From: Catajapyx aquilonaris
Taxonomy: Eukaryota
Reading direction: 5' to 3'
Length of the DNA: 43,656 nucleotides
NCBI GenBank assembly: GCA_000934665.2
Contig: JYFJ02003334.1
Span: forward strand, 1 to 43,656
Made by a program: the position numbers and the translations under genes. Numbering within the stretch: the stretch's first letter is position 1; each line of letters starts with the position of its first letter. The notes under the pieces are model-generated. The model was not told the origin of the DNA. It saw only the letters and a program-made list of their open reading frames with translations, and searched no databases. Positions 10,235-23,172 of the stretch are shown piece after piece.

Positions 10235-12810
10235 CCCAGTACTTCGAGAATGGAACATACTACCATCCAGGATGTGAAGCAGCCCACGAGTTTTCCTGCC
10301 CAATTACAGCACACCCTGTATATTTTGGATGGGCTTAATGAGATTTTTTGTTTGTTAAAAAGGGCCGGGAGCTCAGTAAACAGGAGCAGATTCCAATCCG
10401 TGAAACTATCATTTGCGCGTCCCTTTATCTAAAAGCCGCAAAACAGCGTGCGGATGTATGGTAAACATACCCGTGGGTACCCGCTGGGACCTCCAGGCCA
10501 GAGCCAGACGCAAGCCTGCTATAATGTGGTGGGCCTATGCGAACCCTCACTCTCACCATGTGCTGGCTAATATTTTTTTTTGCAATGCGAAGAAGTGCGA
10601 GGATTTTGGGTGCGGGAAAATTTTTGGATCATATAATGAAATTCGCGGAGCAATTAGCCAGGTTGCAATTGCGGGGAAAGATTGCCAGACCCCTTTTGTA
10701 TAGTGCGTATATACTGGCAGAGCATAGCGAGCGAGGAACACTTGAAATGGGCCCATAAACAATCGTAAAGTGTTTTATGAACTACTTTATCGACTTTGGA
10801 AACTAGATTGGAGGAAGGTCAAAGGGACTTTTCTCTGCCAAGAAATTGTGGGGCGTAATTCTGCCCTTTGTCATTTTGGCAGGCGCAAAAGGCAATTCTG
10901 GTGTGCGATAGAACAGCAGTGAATAATCAAAATATGATGAAAGGAGGCAGGTGTTTTGCCTTTCATAGCATTATTTTACAGCTTCGTTAAATACTTGCTA
11001 GAATAAGCCAGGGACTGCTGTATGCAGGGTGATTCATGCACTAATTAATGGTTGCATTGATGATGATTCAGAGTGTGAAAATCATGATGTGCTAAGTACA
11101 TATGAAGCCATAAAACGCAGACTGTCACACTGTGGAGTGGTGTCGAAATAAGATGGTTTGAAATTTTCATTATCCACTGTGCTCTGTTATACTGATGTTA
11201 TTTAAAAATTTGACTCGACCATGAGAAACACTCCATAAAATTTTTAACACAATAACATAGGCTATTACACTGTGTTTCATGTAGCTCACATCCAGACTAT
11301 AATAAATCAGAATTTGCAAACATTAAGTTGCACATAATAGGCTCAACACCTATCCTACACCATTACTACCGAAATCGTCGCGTAAGCACCCATTTCCCTT
11401 AAATGAGCCTTAACGACCACATCCCAGTTTGTTGACCCCATCAACTATGTACCTTGGATTTTACGTTTTAGCACAAAATCCACCCTCCCCCCATTTTAAA
11501 AAAAAAGTCAACATAAGTGAATTTCCCCCCTTTTGAAAAAAAAACAACTGCCCCATTCCTCCAACTCTCATCCGAGCGAATTGCATAGTGATGAGGAACT
11601 GATTTAGGCATGGTGTATTTATGAGCCTGGAGATTCAGGGGCGGGAAGTCCCCGGAATTAAACATGCAGGCAGGCTAGTCCAGCCCAGCAGCCTAGTCTT
11701 TATGTAACATATCGGAGCCAGGAGGCCCCATCCCAAAACCTACCCCAGAAGGCTTACAAACGTAAAGGATAATTGCAGCGAGAGGCTTGTGCTGGCCCGC
11801 CGCCCTTGTTTCCACAAGTTGGGCGTCATTAAACAAATGTTCCGCCGCCATAATAAAGCCACAGATCATAGGGGTTAGAAGGGGTAAAATCCGGCGGGTT
11901 GGAGGCCTCTGGGAAACCGCGCCATGTGCTCTCGGCATGGAGCCCACTTGATGGACTCGGCCCTTCTTCTCCTAATTGCGCCAGATTAGAAGCGAACCAG
12001 GCAATTACTACCCTGGGAGGAGAAGGAAACTCCTAGGCTTCTGATGGGAATTTTTACACCTTGGGTCAGTGCATGGAACAATGTTCTAGTTTCGTAAATT
12101 AATAGTAAAATTTTTTGATGTAATTGTCATTACACTGTGATTCATGTTGTCCCCCCCAAAATTATTGTACCCAGCCCAGCCGCCGGTGTACCGCAGTTAT
12201 CTTTCAAGTAAGAGGCCCCAGCACCATAAACGTCAGTTTAAAAACTTGAGAACCTTCAGTCGAGTCGACAACTGAGTAAAAAGCGACTTTTGCGCCACGA
12301 GCTGATGTGACAGGGGCAATATTGTGAGCTGCGCCATATTGAAGGACCCTGGCAAACTTTTCTCATCCAGGAACAGTTTGTTAAAAGAAGGGCCGGGGTA
12401 GTCCCACCAAAAACACCCTCGATTGGCAGCATCGACCCAACATCAAGCCCCCCTAAGGCGAAGTGTGCAAAGATTTGCCGACGTCACTTGCGGACTTTTA
12501 CGACGCGGCCGCCGCATCTTTGCCTCGGCCTGCCAAGAGATCGTAAAAATCCTCACCAGGAGGTCAGGGTAGATTTAGCCAAAAAGGGGGGGGGGGGTCC
12601 TCTAACACCTATCTTCTAGATTTTTGGAGGGTAGACTACAAGGTACAAGGACCACACGTCACACACTCAAAGCGTACACTCTCAGTTTCTATTTCAATAA
12701 GTGAGAAAAATTGAGCATTTTATTTAAGTGAAAGTAGAAAATAATTTAATTTAATTAAGTGATAGAAAGTGCTCTATTTCATCACCATTACTGTGTAGCC
12801 TACAGGCAAG

Positions 12811-12828
12811 CAGCGCCACCTCTGGTAG
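12811..12828 (-). promoter_or_regulatory. CTCF-like motif
   Basis: Minus strand CTACCAGAGGTGGCGCTG has the full AGRKGGCGC core with an imperfect 5' half. Confidence 0.35.
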
Positions 12829-14323
12829 CGTCACCTTAACTACTATCTGGTGCATCCCCTGGGCGAAGATTATATCGGCATCTTTCAGTGCCGTGTAAAC
12901 GCAGTCAAAGAGTGAAACAGCGTTGGTTGCAAATGACTTGGTCGTCGACAAGATATCCAAGTCGAGGCCCGCCCCATTCACAGCGCTAATGGCGGCCATA
13001 ACCAAGTCTTAGGCGAGTGCCAGGGACCCAGGGTGTGATGGGAATCGAGCTACGCTGGTGCACTATATACGTTGGGATAGATAAGGTGCAAGCCAATAGG
13101 TATCCGATAGACCTCCTGTCAATATGCATACGGGAAAGGGCTCGACATGAAACGTGCAGGGACTAATATGGGAGGTGATTTTTTTTAACTAAGTGACTGA
13201 AAATAGCAGTGATTGTTGTTGCTATTTTAAAAAATAGTAGTGATCAGTATTGATGTCTAATGCACACAATTTCTGTACTTTCGAAGGATTCCAGCTTCAG
13301 GCTGTAAATATTTCCGGGGAGGGTGGCAGTAGGCTGTAAATTTCCGACAGTTTATTTTTAAGCATAGGTTTTGCTGTGCTCTCCCTGGCATTCCGGTGTT
13401 CTTTTTTTGTGTGCTGGTGATCCAATATTTTGTTGGCTAATTTTCTTCCTGGCATGTGCGCCCTCACCGCGACATATTTATGAAACCTTTGACATCCTGG
13501 GAATCTTCGCTGCTCTTTTTTATTCTTGAACCGCGCACACTCGCAGCGGGATACAAGGTGCTTCGTAATAACACCGAAATCGTTCTTTTGTGAATACATG
13601 GACACCAGAGAGTATATGGTAGCCTCGTTAGCATTAATATTATAAAACCTGCTCCTTCAATTTGATTAATGGCAGAGTTTACCTAAACACCTCCAAAATA
13701 CCAATCGCATGAACAACCACCAATTATTCTACCCTTTCATCTGATCCAGCCAACCGTGTCCTTTGAGTTTCAATTTACTTTTCAACCTGCACCATAATTA
13801 TTGCGTTACGAATTTTTATGACCCTAGAGCCGGCACGATACGCGATGCGTTATCCCCCAGCTTAAATAATGTGCGACGTAACCGTATCAGATCGTCGCTT
13901 AAATTCAATTCCAATAGCCGCGCACCTGTAATCATTCGTAATTGCACTTTGGAACTTGGGTGTGTTGTTTCTGGAGCTCAGATGAACGGCCTTCTCGACC
14001 AGAACCGGTCGGCTCCATTTTCCAAGGATAGTCCAACATGAAATAGGCATCGAATGGAACATAAACTGCGTCCCTGCAGTCTCCCTAGTTTCATCCCAAA
14101 CCCCTGTGCAGCTTCCAGTTATTCGCAAACATGAATTATAGATAAATGTGGGTGTATCGGCCGGCATTTGCACAAGTTCATCTCCAGGGAGCAACTCGTA
14201 CAAAGAGTTGGTCAGGCCCCCGAACCCAACCGACTTCTGCAAACAAGAGCTTGCAGCAGTGGCTGGATTCAAGCTGGGATAGAATCGGATTCATTGGTTT
14301 CAACTGATGATGCAGTCAAAAGT

Positions 14324-14432
14324 ATAGATGGCGCATCCTCCCTCTCAGCATACTACTGCCACTAGGGTCAAGCGGGAGATAGTGGTACTCAGACACATAC
14401 GACAGACATACCGTACCCAATTAGTAGTATGA
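14324..14432 (+). mobile_element. Repeat family B copy (diverged)
   Basis: ATAGATGGCGCATCCTCCCTCTCAGCATACTACTGCCA...GATAGTGGTACT followed by a GACA-rich stretch. Confidence 0.75.
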
Positions 14433-17400
14433 ACAAAGGTTGACATGATCCTTTCAGCATATAGTGCTGCCCTCTTGAAGATGCGCCAGTGCTTCCATCT
14501 AGAGGACGCAAAGTGAAGAGGTCAATTAGTAGCGGCCCTAATGAAGTGTGGGTTTGGGGGGGGGGGGGTTGGGCACGCAGTCATCCACACGTATATCCAT
14601 CCATAGGGAGAGAGAGAGCGCGGTGGTGGCGGCGGAGAGACACCATTCCTCCTCAATTGCCCTTTGGAGGTCGCCCGCAAACAGCTCTCCAGACTGCTCA
14701 ATATCTCCCCCATTTCCCCAACTCCCAAACCTCTCCCTGCCCTCTCCTTCCCCCTAGACGCTTCTTCCCCTCCCATCCAGACCATCTTCATCTCAAGCAT
14801 TTCCAAGCCAACATCTCTCCAACTAGAACGGTTAACTAGATGATGTCAACAGTGTATAGGAGACGAAGATAATAGCACGCAATTATTCAGTGGCATTGAC
14901 TTTTAGTCTGCATTGTGTATACCTAGTACTGGTGGTCTTTTCATGGTACAAAGTATATGTACAGTCGGTGCACAGTACGCCCATTTTATGTTGTATGCCC
15001 TAGAGCTATACAGTACACTGAGGACTCGTATAATTCAGCTAACAGATCTGCTCTGAGAGGTAGTATTAATTACTGTCACGTCAGTAAGATTAGTAAGGGT
15101 CTGATAAAATTTTAACGAGTTGAATTGCTACAATTGTAGCACGATATGACCTACACGTTCTGAGTAAGTTATTATATATGATATGGGTTTTAATAATGTG
15201 ATGATTTGCAAGTGGCATGCAAGCTGACATGTTTGCATGCGCACCGAATACTCACACTAATGAGAAGGCCAACTAAATAGTACAGAGAGGTCGGTTGTAT
15301 GACAGCAAATATGGAAAAATAATAGTATGCATAATGATACGACTTTCAAGAATTTTCTACTACAATCACTGCGAATACTTGCGAATTTTGAATTCAATTT
15401 AAACGTGTACTGTAGCCATTCCAACCTCGCTGCACTAAAATGAACAAGTTTTTAAACCTTTCCTTTTACATTGTTTAATAGTCAGGTACGTAAAACAGCA
15501 TCCTTTTTTCATCCAGAAATATAATATGACACTGTACAACTAATGTGAGCGCAAGTTCAGTTTTTTTAAGCACGAGCCAACATTGCATTAATTCTGCAAA
15601 TTCTCCCACAAAAGAGGAAAGTACCGACCGTTCTCTTTTTTTTCGTTGTTGCCGCTCTGCAGTACAGCAGTACAGTTAACATATTAATGCACGGCATGGC
15701 ATAAAGAGAAGCATCGCTGTGCTCCATATGGAAAAACTGGGCAACTAGACAGCAAGCCCCCATGAAAAGGGGTAGACAAAGCGTCATAATCGATAACCTA
15801 ATTTATTCATCAACAAGAGCTTTGGCTCTCGTCAAAGGCCAATTCCCACTTGCAGGCGTCATTAATAAAAAATAAAATAATCCCCAGGCTTTAGAGCAGG
15901 GTGGGGAAAGAGAGAAAAAAAAGCATAGAGAACAGACTCTCCATTGCGGCAATTAAATTCTGCAGGTAAATCTTGTATGTACAAGGTGATTAGGGCCATT
16001 TAAAATTCAGATTATCAAACGATTATGTCAAATGCTGGTTTTAAAAAATGTTGTCGAATTGTGGTACTGTAATAGTTTCAACGAGATCTTAGTCTGAATA
16101 ATTATAGGTTGAATTGTGTGTACCTTCCGCAATATAACTGTGCTGCTGTTGGCTCTTCTGGGGGCCAAGTATAGGGGCGGAGAGGGTGTTGGAAGAAAGA
16201 AAAAAAAAGGTAAGCAGAGTTGGCAGTGAGGTGGCAGAACGTGACTGGAGTTCTGCAGTGTCTCATGAGCTTGCAGTCCACGTCTTAATCGAGGGCCATC
16301 GAGGTCCCCTGGCCATCTGCGCGATCTGCTAACACCAATCAAAGTGAACGCCACCCAAAGACCCCTTTTCCTTCCGCCCTTTTTGCTAACACCCACCTTC
16401 ACAAGCTGGAACCGTCTACAAACATTCATATCGAAACCAATTTTTAGAACAGTTGTTTCCACTCGGGAGTATCGATATTTCCTTCCGCAATGATATATCG
16501 ATACTCATGGGTGACAATTTGCCAACAGGAATTTTAAACACCTGTTTCTCTCCACCGTGCACTGAAAGTGGCTAGTCCTATGTAAACTGCAAGTGCAGCA
16601 CCAGCCCAACGAGTGAGTTGTAACGGGTTGCAAGGGATTCTAGCCTTGTCAAACTAGTCATTCCCTCCACCCCACCCATCCCTTCCCAGCAGCAGGAAAA
16701 TAATTAGCAAGCCAAATGAAGATTTAGCGAGGCATTAGGAGATGACTTGTCGGGAAAAGCTCCAGACTATGGGAGGTCTCTCTGGGGCAACGATTTATTT
16801 TAAAGAAATCAACTAATAATACTGTAATAATAAAATAATAATAATAATATCGGCCCCTTGAGGTAACACACTAATAACAACCGTGCAGACTTAGCATGAA
16901 TAATCATCTTTAAATAATTATAATTAAGCTTAACTTCAGTCGAGCCCGACGTAATGCAGGGCCATATTTATTGAATTATAACTCCATTTGAATAGACTAA
17001 CGAGGTAAACAGAAGGCTTTCAGTTATGTTGCCGAGGCTGAGAGCAAATAGAATGGGATTACGCCACATACTCTAGTAGGACTTAATTTGACCTTAATTA
17101 AACAGCAGCAGGGGTGAGAATGGGTAAGGAGTCTATCGTTAGCCAGCTGTAATTGCTAATTACGGGACCGCGTGTATATGAAGCACTTTGCGGTCCGCTT
17201 TCAAGTCACCTTTAAACGCAGCTTTACAATCCACGGGTCTTTTGTGCCAAAGTGTGGCATTATTTTCGCGAATGATCAGTCGTTACGAGTGAAAGCGTGT
17301 CTTTGTGCTCCTATATGCTACATAGGTAAATGTTGTTACACATTTTTTTCCAGTGGCAAGAACATCGCCGTTAGAAGGAATGTATCACATTACAAAATAA

Positions 17401-18116
17401 TAAAGCGTGATATTTATCTGTCGACTCGACATTGTTTGGCGAAATAATTACATGCTGGGAAAGGCAGTCTATAAAATTGTTTGCCCCGTTTCCTTATAGC
17501 TCTCTCTATATCGATCTTACAACCTCTTCTAAATATTTGTGGAAATGTGCATGCCTCTGATTATGACCGATAGCATCGATTCTGGCAAACTCCAACCTGG
17601 TTGCCAGGTGACCCTTCCCACTTAGCAAACCACCAACAGCATTTTCTTCCCACAAAAAAAGTCATTACCGGAATCAAAATACTATACGCAACACTTCAAT
17701 AGATAGATCAAGCCAACACATGACGACATTAATTTCTGACATAATCTGCTCATCCTGGGTAGCTTCACTTTGATAACTTATTTTCTTCAATTTGACATAT
17801 TGAGTGGGATAAGTGCTCAAGGTGCCACTTTCAGAGTCGAGTGTTGGGTGTCCTAAAACTGTACCGGCGTGGTCCCCATTCAGTCTGTCCCTTGTCTCCA
17901 AGCACCACAAGTAAATTTGTGTCGGGCGTCTGCTCTGATCTTGAGCGAGGAGAATACAAATAAAGGCAAATTCAATAGGCCCAGACGAAGAGGGGGGAGG
18001 GATAGTCTTATCCTCCTGTTTACATGAAAAGATAATCTCTTATCCGCAGGCGCGGGCAATTTGTTTCTAGGACCCAACCCTGCTGGAGAAGAGACTCCAG
18101 CAGAGGGGGGGTTATA

Positions 18117-18141
18117 CTCTCTCTCTCTCTCTCTCTCTCTC
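18117..18141. repeat. (CT)n microsatellite
   Basis: About 12 CT units. Confidence 0.95.
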
Positions 18142-19275
18142 CTCGCTTGTGATCAATAACCGCGGTAGAGTAGCGAACCATGCTGGTGGCCATTGGAGCA
18201 ATTGCAAGGGTACATCTCTCCTCCTCTTCCTCCCATGGCTGCTTCCTGTATATGTCTGAGGAATCCCAGATTGGGCGGCAAAGGTGGTACGTGGCAAGGG
18301 CGGCACCGGATGAAAGCAGCTAACTCCAGGGAAACCTTTTAACCACTGGGGGATGTGGGGGTCTTCCCTTCAGATGCAGTCCTTTGGCAAACAACTGGCC
18401 CAATCGAAACTGAAAATCCTCATTTTTTTTTTTTTGGTGGGGTGGACCTCGGGTACATTCCAGCTCAACTTACACATTCAATCAGCCCAAAAGAATTATT
18501 TTTTTCATACTTTCCTATTTTATTTATTCTATCGTCATTTTAAGTTGCTTTATGTAATTTAATTCAATATTTTTTCGATTAAGTTTTGTTATCTAGGTTG
18601 GAATGCAAATATTCTACTCCATTAAATATTTTCCACATATTTTAAGTGTACATTGAGGAAGAGTGTACTACCGGGTGGCAGCATCCCAGCAGCCGCGTGT
18701 GTCCAATTCCTTTATCGTCATCTTCTTGGCTGACTGGCAGACACCGATCTGGATTCGTGTCACTCACACAATCTGAGAGGATTTCATCTCTCTTTTCTTC
18801 TTCTCCTTCTGTTGTTGTTGTGTTCCGGAGGTGTAATGTAAACAGCGGGGGGAATCGGTGGAGCGTGTGGGGAGAGGGCGGGAGGGAGCAAACGTGTGGA
18901 ACGGGGAGGGGTGTGCAGCAGCAGTCTGAGTATTGCTTTTATCTGGATGAAAATGGTGGCCCGCCGAGCCAGCCAGCAGACTCTGCGCTCCATTTCGCCC
19001 CGGAACACTGTTTTCGAGGCTTGATAAATATCGGGGTTATGGCTGCTAAATTGGTTAAGCTGTTGACTTTTTCCTCTCTCCCCCCCCCCCTTTTTTTGGC
19101 CGAGGATCGCAAGGGGTTCAAATGCATCGCTGGTTTGGCAAAGACTGATGTTTTGTAGAATAATGATGTCGGATACAGGGTGTCTATGACTGTGTCGTTT
19201 TAGAACTAATCAGATTATCATCAAGTATTCGTAGGGACAACAAATTGCTTCAGCCATACAGAACTGTGACGTCGC

Positions 19276-19290
19276 AATAAGAATAATAAT

Positions 19291-19369
<79 letters not shown>
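19276..19369. repeat. (AAT)n microsatellite
   Basis: 25 perfect AAT units at 19294-19368 plus a degenerate 5' extension. Confidence 0.99.
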
Positions 19370-20820
19370 GTCTAATATGTCCAAGCTGTGAATTGCCTAT
19401 TGGATGCAATAATAATCAATCGTGATGATAAAACCAATTTTTTGCAGACTTAAAAAAGAATGGGCACACACACTAACTAATAATTATGATAACCACTAAA
19501 ATAAGCAGCGTAGTGCCCAAAATTGCTAACTGAAACGGACTATTGGATTGCCCTTTACATGAAAAGTGAAATATGAAACGATTAAAACAATGTTATTTCA
19601 TGCATCAGCTCGGTCTGCACTACAACTGTACAACTGAAATGTATTTAACGATTCCGCATTTTTTTCTGGGGAAGCATACAGTAACTAACCCTACAAAAAT
19701 AGGGTTTACAGTACCGGTGTTATTGTATTACACAATAGGTCTACGCAGCGTAATACCGAGATTAAAAAAACTCGCCATAGAACTTCATTTTCAACCGGCT
19801 TGTTGCACTGTCACAAAATGCTGTCAAGTGGCTTCACTTTGGGTTACTCAATACAGTATTTACTTTATTATAACATGTACTGTATGAATCGCAGAAGCCT
19901 TCAGATAGTACTGTACTATCAAGTAAGTTAATAGGATTTTTCTCCAACTTTGAAGTGAAAGCAAGTTCTTATTTTAGAAAAGAAAAAAAAAAACATCAGA
20001 AGGCCGAACCTGCAAGAAATAGAGAATTTTCACCGTTATTTCGTAACGAGAACTCCTTTTCTTTTATGGCTTCCATTCCCATTCAGAATATAAATCGTGA
20101 AGCGCCATGTAACCTTGTAACGGACACGCAGTAGGCACCATAATAATTTAATTTCGAGTATTTTACTACCAACCACTTGAATGGGCGTAAAGATTTTATA
20201 TCAGGAAGCCTCGAGGGAGCTTGTTGTTTGCTCAAGGGACCGGTTGTCATTTTATGGCGTCCAGAGGGATTTCACCTTATTAGCTCGGCTAATTATTCAA
20301 ATGAGATTATATTTATGCGCGCGTTAATTAACTTCACTGTCTTATGCCGATGAGAAACTGATCAATCTACTTTGAAGGTCGGAGGGTATATTTTCTAAGC
20401 ATGTACAGTATGTTCCAGCACCATTGTACACATTTCTCTCTTGTTGAACAGCTTCGGACAAGCAAAAGGCATTACTTTCATTTTTACGGCTTAAAAAATA
20501 ACTGTTGACTCGTTAATCACGGCTATATTCCCCAAAAAAACGTTATTCCACCTCCATTCCAGTGTGTGCCCTTCCTATTGGTGATTAATAACTCAATCCT
20601 GGATGACAGCGGAAAGGGTTAATCACCCGGTCAGCAGCTTTTACCACCTGGGCAAATGATTTTATGGCCCGGGCAGGCGGCCGAGGATATATCCGGTTTT
20701 GGTATATTACTCAGTTAGGCAGGAGAATGCGCAATGAAGCCTTTCCCTTAGTACAGGTGTCATCTACATCATATCGAGCTGTCAAATAGTCTCCACCCAA
20801 CTGTCCGCATAATCTTTGTG

Positions 20821-20942
20821 TGTCTTTCCGTTTGTTTGTCCGAGCTGATAGTACCACTATTCCTCGCACGGCTTGAAAGAGGCAGGAGTGTGCAGGGAGG
20901 GAGGACGCGCCATCTCTGGGAGGAGTATGATACTACGTGGAC
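20821..20942 (-). mobile_element. Repeat family B copy, inverted
   Basis: Reverse complement reads GTCCACGTAGTATCATACT...AGATGGCGCGTCCTCCCTCCCTGCACACTCCTGCC...CGTGCGAGGAATAGTGGTACTATCAGCTCGGACAAACAAACGGAAAGACA. Confidence 0.85.
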
Positions 20943-22167
20943 AACCTGGCAGTGTCGGATTGGAACTGCTCACAATTAAATGAGTAAAATGTTTTTGTTA
21001 CATCATATAAAATTAATGAAAACCAATCAAGCAATCAGTGACTGATCACTTCCTTTCTGAAGGCCAATTAGAATCATTGGGCTGTGATTGTCCTTGTCGT
21101 TCAGATGCATAAAACGTGGATTTAGATGTAGGTTTGGAGGGGNGGGGGGGGGGGCAGCTAAGACAATTGGATCTTGGTAACTGCATACACTGATTTTATT
21201 TCCTCCAAACCGGCCCTATAAAAAGGAATAGGATACGGCCTGGATGATAGTATAGTCACATCGACGTCTGAGTCGGATGTTTTCTGCTCTGAAAAGTTTC
21301 ACATAAAGAAAACCGGTATCATTCCTCTCACGTTGTACCCCATTACTTGTTCAGTGGTTTCTCATCTATCGCGCCTATTACCTGGTTCCATGGCGAACAC
21401 TCAGCAGCAATAAATTACAGGTACACTTTATGGAAGTTCCTCATATTGCTAACTGTCTGCTATTGTGACTCGCTGTCGTGTGTCAAAGCAAAGCAGAGTC
21501 TGAGAGATGTTGATTCACACAGGCATATAGAATAGGAATGGCTCCCACCAAGTTTCATGTAATATAAGCAGCCTCAAAACAAGGTCAGTTACAAACATTA
21601 CAAACCATGCCAAGTTGGCTTGAATACAAGTGACAAGTGGCCTATATATTTTGATTTGTGTGCGATTGAATGTCAACATGGTTGCATTATTTGGGCTTAG
21701 CCCTAACACCCAGTGTACGAATTACATTATGGGAATTCCCACCGCAATTGATGACGATTAGCTTCAATCGCTGCACTGTTGGCGGTCATTCGGACTGAAA
21801 TTGTGGTCCAAACTGTTGTCGAACTACCGCTGCTGGAACCCGCAATCAATTTCTAATACTGTGATTAGATACTACATTATGGGCAGTATTGGGGGCGATT
21901 CATTTCTACATTGCCGAGCACCGGGCTTGTTTTAAAGGATTCATTCCACCGCCTTTTTTTTTGTTCATTTCGTGGCTACGTTATGAGCTACCGGTAATGC
22001 TCAGTTTCAAAAGTTATTGGACCTGCGAGGGCCGAACCAGATTTAAGCAAACAGTACACTCTTAGCCTCGGTTGTATTCTACTCAAAACGTACACTTATC
22101 CAGTTGGCGTATCGTAAAATACCTCCGTCATGTCATGCTGCTATAGAATTTCGGAAAGAATCAGCAT

Positions 22168-22180
22168 GCGCCATCTACTG
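22168..22180 (-). promoter_or_regulatory. CTCF-like motif
   Basis: Minus strand CAGTAGATGGCGC fits CASYAGRKGGCRS at all 13 positions. Confidence 0.45.
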
Positions 22181-23172
22181 ATTTCCTTCCCAACTTCTTT
22201 CGCGGGGACGTCAAGCCGTGATTGGCCATTGTTCCTTCTAACTCCTCCCATCTCTCCAGGCAGACAGCCTGAATAACTTTCTACTTTATATATAAATAGA
22301 TTAGTGTACATATGTTCGACCTATAAAATGTAGGCCAGGTTGTTTCTCACGCTATTTTCGTTCCTCCTCCTAATTCTAGAAAAGGAACCCCAAAAAAACC
22401 TCTGAAATTCTTGGCCAACAGCAAAGGGCGAAAAATATGCGAAGGACTTCATTCCTTCTCTACCGCATCAAAAGAACTCCAACGAAAAAAAACGGGGTTT
22501 CCCCTTTTCTGGACCTACATCAAAGTACTGCACCATAGTTCACATGCTTGTTGGCTCGAAACTGATGCATGGTCTAGAACCGGATTTTTCTCCAAAAAAT
22601 TTCTGGTAACATAATGCACCTAACATATACGAGTAGAAATCAACCCTGTGACACCAACCTGGTTTATAGTTCGGCCCAAGGAAGTTACAGCATCGTTAAA
22701 GAAAAGATCAGCTCGTAAAAATGGGCCTAAAACCCGATCGGATCACCAAAAAAAAAAAGGTGCTGAGATCTTGTTGTCATACCCCTGTAATTGAAGCCCC
22801 TTTGACAGTGAATTGCTGGTATTGATGAGAAATCTGAAATGCGTTGTACCTCAACCTCTAGTGGCAATTAGGCCAGTGCAGCCAGCCCCAATTACACCGT
22901 GTTTTCCCAAACCCAACCTCAAAAGATACCATCCTAGCCAATAATTTTTTTTGGAACCACCTTATTTATCCCACCCTTGCTCTTATTCGACCACGCAAAG
23001 ATGTAATCTGGACCTTATTTTGCGGTTGTTAAGTCAGGCGCGAATTGAATTATGTCCAGCAAAAGAGGACAGAATTGGGCTGCTTGTCACGCGGATTATG
23101 CGTCTGGTTTTATTCCTTGTTTGAACAAGAACAATAAAAATGTGGAGGGAATTAGCGCATAGTTGGAGATTT

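Noticed and set aside
15126..18103. Short palindromes or stems: TGCTACAATTGTAGCA (15126-15141), 12-bp stem at 16467-16506, 9-bp stem at 18080-18103
   Set aside because: Too short and isolated to assign function; likely chance or repeat debris.
19221..19409. Poly-Leu ORF resembling a signal or transmembrane peptide
   Set aside because: It is the translation of the (AAT)n microsatellite.
21139..21154. G-run containing an N at 21143
   Set aside because: Sequencing or assembly ambiguity in a homopolymer, not a biological feature.
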